The notes: a model not told the origin generated them from the letters alone. Shown: positions 26,192-35,715, counted from the stretch's first letter. The stretch is DNA of 42,995 nucleotides from Eubacteriales bacterium (GCA_045532495.1 JAZSGA010000186.1:1-42995), one strand, 5' to 3'. Translations and numbers: made by a program.

Positions 26192-27706
26192 TTATTTTTC
26201 CGCACACAGCTGTTTTTTCAATATATCAAAAATTCCTGCCGCCTCATGGCTATTGCCGAAAACTGCGGCAAAAAACAGGCACGGCACCGCAAGGCATATT
26301 GCCGCACGGCATGAAAACAACGGAACAAAGCGGCAAAGGGCAAAGCAACAAAGGCAGGACAAAGCCGTAACAGAGCAGTATTTTATCATAAGCGCATAGT
26401 GCCTGCGCACGGGCATATGGAAGCCGTATTTGTAAAGCACCCACGGCTCGTACCAAAGGCAAACAAAAAATGCCGAGGCCGCCTGCCCTGCATATACCCC
26501 CGCAATACCTGCCTTGCCGCCCAGCCACCACGAAAGAGCAAGAAAAGCGGCAAGCTCCGCAAAGGGCTTTATGCGTTCCTTTTTATATAATCCGTAGGCA
26601 TCACGGAAAATAGCTGTACACCTGCGCATGCCCGACATAAAAAAGGCTGCCGCCACGGCAAAGGAAGCCCCCTGCGGCAATGCCAGGCTGCTGCCCAGCC
26701 ACAGCGTTATAACATCATCCGACAGCGTAAAAAGTGCCGCAGTGCATATGTTTACGGCAAAAAACACCGCCGTGCACAGCCTGCGGAAAACCTTTTCGGC
26801 ATGCTGCGGCGATGATGCGGCACCCAGGTTTCCCACACACGCCGCCACGGCACCCACGGGAGTTACCGAAACCATAAATGCGTAGGACAGCAGCATGTTG
26901 TAGTTGGAATAAACTCCGTTTGCCGCAACTCCGAAAAGCCGTACCACCAGAAAATTGTCGGCGGTGCGGAGCAAAGTGGCGGCAATGTTTGACGGCTGGC
27001 TGTAAAGCATTTCTTTTATAAGCACTTTAAAGGTGCCTTTGCGTGCGGCGGAGGTGGAAAAATTTATCCACGGGTATTTTTTGCGCACATAAATGCACAA
27101 TGCCGCATCCTCGGCCAAAGTTATTGCGGCATGCAATGCCACATATGCGGTATAACTGCCCGTAAAAACAAGCACGGCACTTTCCGCAAAGGCAGCAGGT
27201 ATACCGAAAGCGTATGAAAAAACCTGACCCACATAGTTTTTACGGTCGGCATATATAAGCGCACGCTCTGCCGAAAACAAAAAACCCAGGGAATTTGACA
27301 CAATATAAATGCCAAAAATTATATAAAGCGTTTTTTTATCGTCAAACCCCTTTACCGCCTGTGTTAGCTGCGGCAAAAGCAGTGTGCCTGCCGCAAAAGT
27401 AACAACGGCGGAAAGCCTGCAGATTTTGCGGTAACAGTAAAGAAGTGCGGAGGCGGCAGCGGCATCATCCTTTGCCAAAGGCGCATACAAACGGTATATT
27501 ACCGCGCCTGCCGCGCCAAAATCCAACAGCGAAAGCACCGCCATCATATTGCCCATAAGGCTGGAAAGTCCCACAAATTCCTTGCCCAGCACAAAAACAA
27601 ATATCTTGCGTGAAAATGAGCCGAATATCAGGCTGAACAAAATGCCTGCCGCCGACCATCTGAGGTTTATCCGTGCGGCATCGGTGCGGCTGATGTTTTT
27701 TTGCAT
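26192..27706 (-). CDS. Wzx/MOP-superfamily polysaccharide flippase-like membrane protein
   Basis: Many hydrophobic segments, LYAPLA, DNFLV..LFG, GVYSNY, WLG motifs. Confidence 0.75.
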   Translation of the reverse strand: MQKNISRTDAARINLRWSAAGILFSLIFGSFSRKIFVFVLGKEFVGLSSLMGNMMAVLSLLDFGAAGAVIYRLYAPLAKDDAAAASALLYCYRKICRLSAVVTFAAGTLLLPQLTQAVKGFDDKKTLYIIFGIYIVSNSLGFLFSAERALIYADRKNYVGQVFSYAFGIPAAFAESAVLVFTGSYTAYVALHAAITLAEDAALCIYVRKKYPWINFSTSAARKGTFKVLIKEMLYSQPSNIAATLLRTADNFLVVRLFGVAANGVYSNYNMLLSYAFMVSVTPVGAVAACVGNLGAASSPQHAEKVFRRLCTAVFFAVNICTAALFTLSDDVITLWLGSSLALPQGASFAVAAAFFMSGMRRCTAIFRDAYGLYKKERIKPFAELAAFLALSWWLGGKAGIAGVYAGQAASAFFVCLWYEPWVLYKYGFHMPVRRHYALMIKYCSVTALSCLCCFALCRFVPLFSCRAAICLAVPCLFFAAVFGNSHEAAGIFDILKKQLCAEK

Positions 27707-27811
27707 GGCATAAAAAAGCTTCTCCTTTTAACGGTTACAGTATTATATTTATTGCAGCGCAATGTTTTTTATGCCGTGGTTGCCTGATTGCAGCCTTTGA
27801 TAGGCTAAAAA

Positions 27812-27932
27812 AGGGGCTGTATCAAACCAGCATGATACAGCCTGAATTATATAAAAAATTCACAAATATTCGTAGGGGACGATGCCCACATCGTCCCGTT
27901 TTTTGGTGCACAATGTGCATTTTGATATAGCC
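27812..27932 (+). repeat. Second copy of the palindrome+REP unit, closed by an inverted terminal motif (MITE-like)
   Basis: GGCTGTATCA/TGATACAGCC hairpin, REP at 27872-27898, TTTGATATAGCC at 27921-27932. Confidence 0.7.
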
Positions 27933-27964
27933 TCAAATTTTTATATTTGCATAAGCCGCGGGGC

Positions 27965-30424
27965 TTACTTTTTAAGTCCGAGATCTTCAATGGACATTTC
28001 GCGCATTTTGTACTTAAGTATTTTTCCTGCCGCATTCATCGGAAACTCTTTCACAAACACAAAGTATCGGGGCACTTTATGGCGGGCGATGGAAGCGTTG
28101 CCGTATTCACGCATTTCGTTTTCGTCGGCGGTTTCGCCCTTATGCAGGATTATCCATGCACAACATTCCTCGCCGTACTTTTCGTCGGGCACGCCAACCA
28201 CCTGCACATCACGCACTTTGGGGTTGGTGAGGTAAAACTCCTCGATCTCACGGGGGTAAAGATTTTCGCCGCCGCGGATAATCATATCCTTAAGGCGTCC
28301 CGTAACCTTAAAATATCCGTCGGGGGTACGGCAGCATATATCTCCGCTGTGCAACCAACCGTCGGCATCAATGGTCTGTGCTGTGGCCTCGGGCATTTTG
28401 TAATAACCCTTCATTATGTTGAAGCCGCGTGCCACAAATTCGCCGTTTTCGCCATCGGGAACTTCAAGACCTGTTTCGGGATCAATAACTTTACATTCCA
28501 CACCGGGGAACGGGCTGCCTACGGTTTCAACACGGTGGTCAAGATCCTCGTTTACCTCGCCCATGGTGCATCCGGGGGATGCTTCGGTCTGACCGTAAAC
28601 GGAAATTATTTCTTTCATGTTCATTTCGTCCGCCGCACGGCGCATAAGGTCGGCAGGGCAGTTGGCACCTGCCATAATGCCGGTACGCATATACGAAAAA
28701 TCGGTTTTTGCAAAATCCGCATGTCCAAACATGGCAATAAACATGGTGGGCACACCGTTAAAACAGGTTATGCGCTCGTTGTTTATACATGCCAGCGACG
28801 ATTTGGGTGAAAAATACGGCATGGGCGAAAGTGTGCCGCCGTGGGTCATGGTGGATGTCATGGAAAGCACCATGCCAAAGCAATGGAACATGGGCACCTG
28901 TATCATCATGCGGTCGGCGGTGGAAAGATCCATTCTGTCGCCTATGATTTTGCCGTTGTTTACAATGTTGCGGTGGGTAAGCATAACGCCCTTGGGGAAA
29001 CCCGTTGTGCCCGATGTATACTGCATGTTGCAAACATCGTCGGGTTTAACAAGGGATGCTCTGCGGCGCACTTCCTCGTGGGGGACAAGGGATGCCCGTG
29101 AAAGCATCTGCTCCCATGTAAGACAGCCTGTCATTGAAAATCCCACGGTTACCACGTTGCGCAAAAAGGGCAGATTTTTGGAATAAAGAGCGTCGCCCGG
29201 CTTTGTCTTTTGCAATTCGGGGCAAAGTTCTTCGATAATTTCACGGTAGTTTATATCCTTGCAGTCCTCTATCATAACAAGGGTATGGGTATCGGACTGA
29301 CGGAGCAGATATTCTATTTCGTGTATTTTATAGGCGGTGTTTACCGTTACAAGCACGGCGCCGATTTTTGTGGTTGCCCAAAAGGTAATAAACCACGCAG
29401 GCACATTTGTTGCCCACACAGCCACATGGTCGCCTGCCTTTACGCCCAGCGATATAAGTGCGGCGGCACATTCATCCACATCCCTGCGGAACTCGGCATA
29501 TGTGCGTGTGTAATCCAGCGTTGTGTATTTGAATACGTACTGGTCGGGGTATTTTTCCACCATGGTATCCAACACATCGGAAAATGTTGCATCGATGATA
29601 TCGTACTTTTTCCAGGGGAAAGTACCTGTTTTTGAACGGTTGTAATATGCCTTGTCACGGTCGGTTTTTTTGCGTCCCAGCGAGGCAATGTAATTTGAAA
29701 AGTGGGTAAGAACTATATCCGCATCGTTTATTTCATCGTTCCATGCGGCACATACATAACCGTCAAAATTGAGGGATGAAAGCGCATTTACAAAGGAATC
29801 CACGGGCAAATCGCCTTCGCCTATAAGCACGGTTTTGCCGTCCTTCATATCGCCAAGGCGTACATATTTGATATATGCGCCCAAATTTTTGATGGTGGTT
29901 TCCGCACTTTCGCCTGCGCCGAAGTGGGTACCGCGCACATTCCATGCGGCACCAAGAACCGCCGACGAAAAGTAGTTTATAACCTCGGTAACGTTTTCGG
30001 TTTCGGAAAGCCAGCCCACGGTTTCAAGCAGAATACGCACATCCGCCTTTTCGGCAAGCTTTATTGCCGCCTGAAGCTTTTCGGCAAGCTTATCAAAGGG
30101 CATTTTTTCCTCGGCGCGGACAATTATCTGCTCTATTCCCGCAGAGCCCGCAAGGGTTACATATTTTGCCACTTCATCAACCAAAGCCTCATCCGTGTGC
30201 AGCGAATGTGGATAATGGAGTGCGGAAACGGCAAGCTGACGGTTTATAAGCTTGCGCTTTGAATCCGCTGTGCGGTCGCTGCGCAAAACACTGTCGTAAT
30301 GCTGTTTGCGCTCCTTTATTGCATCGTATATTTCAAAACCTGCGTAACCGTAATCGTAAGCATAGCGGCAGGTATCTATAAATGTGGCACGGGTGACATT
30401 TTTTGTCGAAAAAACCAGCTTCAT
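27965..30424 (-). CDS. Fusion of a degenerate xylose-isomerase-like TIM barrel and an AMP-forming acyl-CoA ligase
   Basis: C-terminal YTSGTTGFPKG, YGQTE, LHSGD, GRLKDMIIRGGEN and GKILK; N-terminal ~255 aa sugar-phosphate isomerase-like; RBS GAGGAGG before ATG at 30424. Confidence 0.85.
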   Translation of the reverse strand: MKLVFSTKNVTRATFIDTCRYAYDYGYAGFEIYDAIKERKQHYDSVLRSDRTADSKRKLINRQLAVSALHYPHSLHTDEALVDEVAKYVTLAGSAGIEQIIVRAEEKMPFDKLAEKLQAAIKLAEKADVRILLETVGWLSETENVTEVINYFSSAVLGAAWNVRGTHFGAGESAETTIKNLGAYIKYVRLGDMKDGKTVLIGEGDLPVDSFVNALSSLNFDGYVCAAWNDEINDADIVLTHFSNYIASLGRKKTDRDKAYYNRSKTGTFPWKKYDIIDATFSDVLDTMVEKYPDQYVFKYTTLDYTRTYAEFRRDVDECAAALISLGVKAGDHVAVWATNVPAWFITFWATTKIGAVLVTVNTAYKIHEIEYLLRQSDTHTLVMIEDCKDINYREIIEELCPELQKTKPGDALYSKNLPFLRNVVTVGFSMTGCLTWEQMLSRASLVPHEEVRRRASLVKPDDVCNMQYTSGTTGFPKGVMLTHRNIVNNGKIIGDRMDLSTADRMMIQVPMFHCFGMVLSMTSTMTHGGTLSPMPYFSPKSSLACINNERITCFNGVPTMFIAMFGHADFAKTDFSYMRTGIMAGANCPADLMRRAADEMNMKEIISVYGQTEASPGCTMGEVNEDLDHRVETVGSPFPGVECKVIDPETGLEVPDGENGEFVARGFNIMKGYYKMPEATAQTIDADGWLHSGDICCRTPDGYFKVTGRLKDMIIRGGENLYPREIEEFYLTNPKVRDVQVVGVPDEKYGEECCAWIILHKGETADENEMREYGNASIARHKVPRYFVFVKEFPMNAAGKILKYKMREMSIEDLGLKK

Positions 30425-30425
30425 T

Positions 30426-31814
30426 TTATTCCTCCTCAAACACTATCTTGTTGAGAGCGTTTATATATGCACGCACGCTTGCCGCCATAATGTCGGTGGA
30501 GCTTCCGTTGCCTGCATAAAGCTTGCCGTTGTTGCGGAGTCTTACAAGAACGGAGCCAAGCGCTTCCTTGCCCTCGGTAACGGCCTGAATCTGGAAATCG
30601 TCCAGCTCGTAATGGTGGCCGATGCACTGTTCGATGGCACGGAACAAAGAATCCACGGGGCCGTCGCCTGTGCTTACACCGCAAAGCATTTCATCGCCGC
30701 AGCGCAGAGTTACCTGTGACATGGAGCTTGTGAGGTTTCCGCAGTTGGTGGTATAGTTTTCAAGATGATATGTGGAAGGAGCCTGCATTGCAAAGCTGGC
30801 AATAAGGGATTCAAATTCCTTTGCACCCACGGAGCCCTTCTTTTCGCATACCTGCATAAGAGCCTTGTATACGTTGCCGCAATCCTCATCGGAAAGGTCA
30901 TAGCCCAGCACATTTGCCGCCTGGGCAACCTGGGAAATGGTGCTTTCGGAATCAAGCAGTATCTTTTTGCGCTCGCTTACCTGAGCGGCGGTTTCGTATG
31001 CCTGATGGTTTATGCCTGCCAGCATATCCTCAACGCTTGCATGTATTTTTGTGTTTTGAAGTCCTGTGCAGATGCCCAAAACATCGCCGCGGGCGGTAAC
31101 CGCATCGGAAAATTTGCCCACAGAAAGAGCTTCGTTTCCTGCCATGGCGCATTTTATACCTTCTGCACCTGCGGAAATTGCCGCCAGAGCACATGCAACT
31201 GCCATGCCCAGCTTATCGGAAACCTGAACGTAAACGGACACATCCACCGCTTGCTTTACACATTTTACAAGCTGTGCCAGCTCCTCGGGAAGGGCTGTGC
31301 CTGCGGTATCGCAAAGGGTTATCATGCCTGCACCGTTATCTGCCGCCTGCTTTACCGCCGCAACGATAAAATCGGTATCGGCGCGGGTGGCATCCTGCGC
31401 ACAGAATTCCACGTCGTTGCAAAGTGCTTTTGCGGCGGCGCAAAGCTCGCCTATTTTTGCCGCCATTTTATCGGCTTTCATGTGGTAGGTATATTCCATC
31501 TGAACGGTGGAAACAGGCACTTCGATCTGAAGACGGGGATTTGCCGCATCCTTTATGCAGTCCCAGGCATCGCCAACGCCTGCCACATCAAAGCCCACGG
31601 GAACTGCCACGGTGCAATTTGCAAGATTCTGAGCTATTGTTTTGTATATTATGGTATCCTCACGCAGGTTTTTAATGGGCGCAAGCTCCACGGCATCGGC
31701 ACCAAGGGATGCCGCGCAGGAAGCGATGGCAGTTTTTTCACGGAACAGCAAAGAAACTTCACGCTGAGCCGCCAGTGTTTTAAGTGTGATGTCGGTGATG
31801 TTGATTCTTTTCAT
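30426..31814 (-). CDS. LeuA (2-isopropylmalate synthase)-like protein with degenerate active site and intact allosteric domain
   Basis: Aligns by eye with LeuA (VEF..QDATR, DTAG, GDGPVD, STDIMAAS) but lacks the RDGEQ, HxH and GERAGN motifs; RBS GGAGG. Confidence 0.8.
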   Translation of the reverse strand: MKRINITDITLKTLAAQREVSLLFREKTAIASCAASLGADAVELAPIKNLREDTIIYKTIAQNLANCTVAVPVGFDVAGVGDAWDCIKDAANPRLQIEVPVSTVQMEYTYHMKADKMAAKIGELCAAAKALCNDVEFCAQDATRADTDFIVAAVKQAADNGAGMITLCDTAGTALPEELAQLVKCVKQAVDVSVYVQVSDKLGMAVACALAAISAGAEGIKCAMAGNEALSVGKFSDAVTARGDVLGICTGLQNTKIHASVEDMLAGINHQAYETAAQVSERKKILLDSESTISQVAQAANVLGYDLSDEDCGNVYKALMQVCEKKGSVGAKEFESLIASFAMQAPSTYHLENYTTNCGNLTSSMSQVTLRCGDEMLCGVSTGDGPVDSLFRAIEQCIGHHYELDDFQIQAVTEGKEALGSVLVRLRNNGKLYAGNGSSTDIMAASVRAYINALNKIVFEEE

Positions 31815-31889
31815 TTTCTAAAACCTCCGTTTGTTGTTTGCGGTAAAAATTTTGCAACGCTGATGTGGAGAACAAGGGTACATATTGTA

Positions 31890-32160
31890 TAAAAAAAACG
31901 CCCCCGTCTCATTGAAAACCAAAGAGACGAAAGCGTAAAAAGCAAAACTTCCGCGGTACCACTCTTCTTCACCAAAAAGGTGCACTTTGATGCAAACACA
32001 TCTTAACTCTGTTACGGGAGTACCCGTCTGCCCCTACTGGAGAAAATTCACGGCAGCCGCTCCGCGGTGAGTTCTGTAAAATTCCGCCCACTGCCTTGCA
32101 GCAACCGGCAGCTCTCTGAATGGGGGAAAAGCACATACTATTCCGCATCATTGCGTTTGT
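31890..32160 (-). ncRNA. Leu T-box riboswitch
   Basis: AGAGAG and GCTG stem-I motifs, specifier GAA-CTC (CTC at 32069-32071), T-box AGAGTGGTACCGCG (31952-31965), terminator ending GAGACGGGGGCGTTTTTTTT. Confidence 0.9.
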
Positions 32161-32179
32161 AATTGGAATTAATGGAACG

Positions 32180-32208
32180 ATTATAGCACGCAAAAACCCG
32201 TTTGTCAA
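32180..32208 (-). promoter_or_regulatory. sigma-A promoter of Leu T-box operon
   Basis: Perfect TTGACA-N17-TATAAT with TG extension. Confidence 0.9.
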
Positions 32209-32247
32209 GGGATTTTTTAATTTTTTTAACTTTTTTTGCAAAACCCC

Positions 32248-32292
32248 TTGACAAAATGCGCATTTAACTGTATTATCTGTAATAGTACAGTT
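32248..32292 (+). promoter_or_regulatory. Promoter of the GntR-ABC operon with YtrA-type operator over the -10
   Basis: TTGACA (32248)-N17-TATTAT; palindrome AACTGTATTA-N7-TAGTACAGTT at 32266-32292. Confidence 0.8.
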
Positions 32293-32317
32293 AATACATA
32301 CGAAAGGGGAATGATAA

Positions 32318-32710
32318 ATGTTTCAGCTTGATCTTGGCGATCACCGTCCAATTTATGAGCAGATCAAAGAAAAGCTCAAATTTCTTATCATCGGCGGAAG
32401 CCTTTCCGACGGCGATAAAATTCCATCGGTGCGTGAGCTTGCCGTAAGCATGGCAATAAACCCCAACACCATCCAAAAAGCTTACAAGGAGCTGGAAAGC
32501 GAGGGTTACATACACTCGCAAAAGGCAAAAGGCTATTTTGTTTCGCCACGAAGCGAGGCCGAAAAGTCGGATACCGGTGAGCTTATGGCACGCTTTACCG
32601 ATGCATCCCGCGAGCTTATGTATATGGGCAAAACCTACGCCGAGCTTTGCGGAATTCTTGAGCAGATTTACAAAGGAGGTAACAGTAATGGAAATGACAA
32701 CGCAGAATGA
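32318..32710 (+). CDS. GntR family regulator, YtrA subfamily
   Basis: PIYEQI, IPSVRELA, INPNTIQKAYKELE; 130 aa; precedes an ABC transporter. Confidence 0.9.
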   Translation: MFQLDLGDHRPIYEQIKEKLKFLIIGGSLSDGDKIPSVRELAVSMAINPNTIQKAYKELESEGYIHSQKAKGYFVSPRSEAEKSDTGELMARFTDASRELMYMGKTYAELCGILEQIYKGGNSNGNDNAE

Positions 32711-33626
32711 CACCATGATAAGTGCCGTAAACGTGACCAAAACCTTTGATGGTTTCCGTGCGCTGGATAACTTAAGCCTTAACGTAAAAAAAGGCTCGGT
32801 TTACGGTCTTGTGGGGCCAAACGGTGCAGGCAAAACCACCTTTATAAAAGCCCTTATGGGCGTTTACCGTGCCGACAGCGGCGAAATGATGCTTGACGGC
32901 AAGGTTATTTACGAAAACGAGCAGGTAAAAAGCCGCATGATATATGTTTGCGACGACTTGTTTTTTTACCCCACCTATACCATAGAGCAAACAGCAAAAA
33001 TGTATGCGGATATTTACCCCAAATGGAGCTGGGAGCTTTTTAACAAGCTGCACGAAATATATAAAATGGATCTTAAGCGCAAGGTCATACGCCTTTCAAA
33101 GGGTATGCAAAAGCAGGTGGCTTTTTGGCTCGGAATATCTGCCCAGCCCGATGTTATGATACTGGATGAGCCCATTGACGGACTTGACCCGGTAATGCGC
33201 CGCAACACATGGCGCCTTGTGCTTAATGAGGTGGCAGAGCGTGGCATGACAGTGCTTATTTCCAGCCACAACCTGCGCGAGCTTGAGGATGTATGCGACC
33301 ACGTGGGCATAATGTTTGGCGGAAAAATGGTTATAGAAAAATCGCTGGACGATGTAAAAGGCAATATCCATAAAATTCAGCTTGCCTTTGAAAAAGGCGG
33401 CAGCGACGAAAAGCTTGCGCAGCTTGAAGCAAAGCTTGATATACTTCACACAGGCCGTATGGGCAGCGTTGCAAGCCTTATTGTAAAAGGCGATATCGAC
33501 GAGGTGCGCAGGGTTATTACGGAATATTCGCCCGTGGTATTTGATATAATTCCGCTTACGCTTGAGGAAGTGTTTATTTACGAACTGGGAGGTATGGGTT
33601 ATGAGTTTGAAAACATCCTTATCTGA
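32688..33626 (+). CDS. ABC-2 type transporter ATP-binding protein (YtrB-like)
   Basis: GPNGAGKTT, LSKGM, ILDEP, SSH; RBS AAGGAGG before ATG at 32688. Confidence 0.9.
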   Translation: MEMTTQNDTMISAVNVTKTFDGFRALDNLSLNVKKGSVYGLVGPNGAGKTTFIKALMGVYRADSGEMMLDGKVIYENEQVKSRMIYVCDDLFFYPTYTIEQTAKMYADIYPKWSWELFNKLHEIYKMDLKRKVIRLSKGMQKQVAFWLGISAQPDVMILDEPIDGLDPVMRRNTWRLVLNEVAERGMTVLISSHNLRELEDVCDHVGIMFGGKMVIEKSLDDVKGNIHKIQLAFEKGGSDEKLAQLEAKLDILHTGRMGSVASLIVKGDIDEVRRVITEYSPVVFDIIPLTLEEVFIYELGGMGYEFENILI

Positions 33627-35697
33627 AAAGCCCGTTTCACGTGCTCTTATAAAATCCGATCTGCGCAACCACTGGCCATGGCCCGTTGTGGCGTTTGTTA
33701 TAATGCTTTTAAACTTCATGGCGGCAACGGATTCTTATTACCGCATGGATATTGTAAAAGTAACACGCTTTACAAACGATTTTACCTTCACATATTTTGC
33801 AATGTGCGTTTACGGTCTTTTTGTGGGCACAAAGCTGTTTATGTATTTGGATAAAATAAACTCCGTTTCATGCATGCACGGCCTGCCTTTTTCAAGGCTT
33901 AAGCTTTATCTTTCCCACATTTGCTCCGGCTGTATTCTTATGTTTGCACCAGCCGTTGCAACATCGCTTATAATCCTTGTTTCACGCACGGTGCCCGCAG
34001 AATATGCCTTTATGTTTTTGGTTTCCTGCATTATTTATGCATCCATGGCATTTGCCGTGGCGGTATTTGCCATGACAGTATGCGGAAACATGGTGGTTTC
34101 CGTACTGTTTTCGCTGGCCATTGCCATTTTCCCTGCGGCAATACTTGCTTTTTCCGTATATATTTGCAATATGAATCTTTACGGCTATGCGGAGCCCGAG
34201 CTGCTTGAGCAGATAATGTATTTTCTTTATGTTATGCCCGATAAGCTGTTCCCATGGCGGTTTGCCATATATCTTGTGGCGTCGCTGGGCTTCCTTGCGG
34301 CAGGCTATGCCGTTTACCGTGTACGTCCGTTGGAAAACTGCGAGGAGGTTGTGGCTTTCAAAAAACTGCGCCCCATGTTTATTTACGCCGTGGGCCTGGT
34401 TACGGGTATGATAAGCTACTTTTTCTTCTGCAGCATACTTGACGGCACATCCGTTATGTATATGCTGCCCCTGGGACTTGTGGGTGTTGTAGCCGCAGTT
34501 ATGATAGCACGCAAAACCGTATCGCTTAAAGGTTCGGGGCGCCATGTTATAATATACACCGCCGCAGTTACAGCTATTATGCTGTGCATGCAGTATGATA
34601 TAACAGGTTACGAAACCCGTGTGCCCGATGCCGATAAAATAGCGTATGCCGAAATCAACGGCGGCATAGGTTCAGGCTCCCGTTATTACCGCGATTTTGA
34701 ATTCAGATACGATTCTCTGCCCGAAAACCGCCTCACCGAGCTTAATGAGCTGGAGGCTCTTACTCAGCTGCACGCAGCATACGCATCCGAGCATGACAGA
34801 ATCCACCTGCACACCAACAGCATTTTCGGAATGTATAACCGTGATAATATTGAGATCACATACAAGCTCAAAAACGGCACGGTGATGAAGCGCCGTTACG
34901 ACGGACTTTCCGTGGAAAACTTTGACAAATACATGCTTCCCTTCCTCAACCTTGAAAAGGTAAAATCGTGGCAGTATCCTCTTATCGACAGCACCGCCAA
35001 GGAAATACTTTCCGCCGCAGTATATGACAGCAGAATCCAGAATGCGGCAAAAGGCTTTGAGGCAGCGGATGCCGTTATACTTTACGATGCATTGTGTGCC
35101 GATATCCGCTCTTTGCCCGTGGATAAACTTTATTCAAGGGGCAAAATAACCGTTGATATCGAGTATTATGTGCCCGGTACCATAATTGCAACGGGCATAC
35201 GTCCCAAAGGCATGCAGCAAAAACGCGCATACGGTACGGAAACAAGTATAAAGATCAACGAAAACTATACCCACACCCTGGCGGCACTAAAAAGGCTGGG
35301 CTACGATATAACAAATCCCAAAGATTTTGAAAAAGTAAAATCGGCGGTGGTTTCGAATATAACGGAAAACGAACAGTATTATTATGACAGTGTTATCGTT
35401 GAGGAAACCACATCCTTCCCCATGGCTGCGGTTACCGAGGAATATGTAAAATATGCCGATGAATACGGTAAGGATTATACCGTTGTTACCGACAGAGCCG
35501 ACCTTGAAAAGCTTTATGATCTTTGCGGAAAAGGCTTTATGGGCAACGCGCAAGTGGAGGATTTTGAAAAGCTTGAGGTTTATATCATATCTCTCCGCGA
35601 TGAAAACGATAAGGAAATTTTCGGCAGCGAATTTGTTGTTATCCACGATAAACTTCCGCAAACGCTGAAAAAATATTTCCTGCAGCCGCAGAAATAA
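33601..35697 (+). CDS. ABC transporter permease with large C-terminal soluble domain
   Basis: Multiple TM segments in the N-terminal half, HGLPFSR motif; RBS GGAGG before ATG at 33601. Confidence 0.75.
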   Translation: MSLKTSLSEKPVSRALIKSDLRNHWPWPVVAFVIMLLNFMAATDSYYRMDIVKVTRFTNDFTFTYFAMCVYGLFVGTKLFMYLDKINSVSCMHGLPFSRLKLYLSHICSGCILMFAPAVATSLIILVSRTVPAEYAFMFLVSCIIYASMAFAVAVFAMTVCGNMVVSVLFSLAIAIFPAAILAFSVYICNMNLYGYAEPELLEQIMYFLYVMPDKLFPWRFAIYLVASLGFLAAGYAVYRVRPLENCEEVVAFKKLRPMFIYAVGLVTGMISYFFFCSILDGTSVMYMLPLGLVGVVAAVMIARKTVSLKGSGRHVIIYTAAVTAIMLCMQYDITGYETRVPDADKIAYAEINGGIGSGSRYYRDFEFRYDSLPENRLTELNELEALTQLHAAYASEHDRIHLHTNSIFGMYNRDNIEITYKLKNGTVMKRRYDGLSVENFDKYMLPFLNLEKVKSWQYPLIDSTAKEILSAAVYDSRIQNAAKGFEAADAVILYDALCADIRSLPVDKLYSRGKITVDIEYYVPGTIIATGIRPKGMQQKRAYGTETSIKINENYTHTLAALKRLGYDITNPKDFEKVKSAVVSNITENEQYYYDSVIVEETTSFPMAAVTEEYVKYADEYGKDYTVVTDRADLEKLYDLCGKGFMGNAQVEDFEKLEVYIISLRDENDKEIFGSEFVVIHDKLPQTLKKYFLQPQK

Positions 35698-35715
35698 TAT
35701 AATAAGGCAAAACAA

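Noticed and set aside
30426-31814. Calling this gene a functional leuA or a decayed pseudogene
   Set aside because: Catalytic motifs are missing, yet the frame, RBS, T-box and regulatory domain are intact; a pseudoenzyme fits better than either label.
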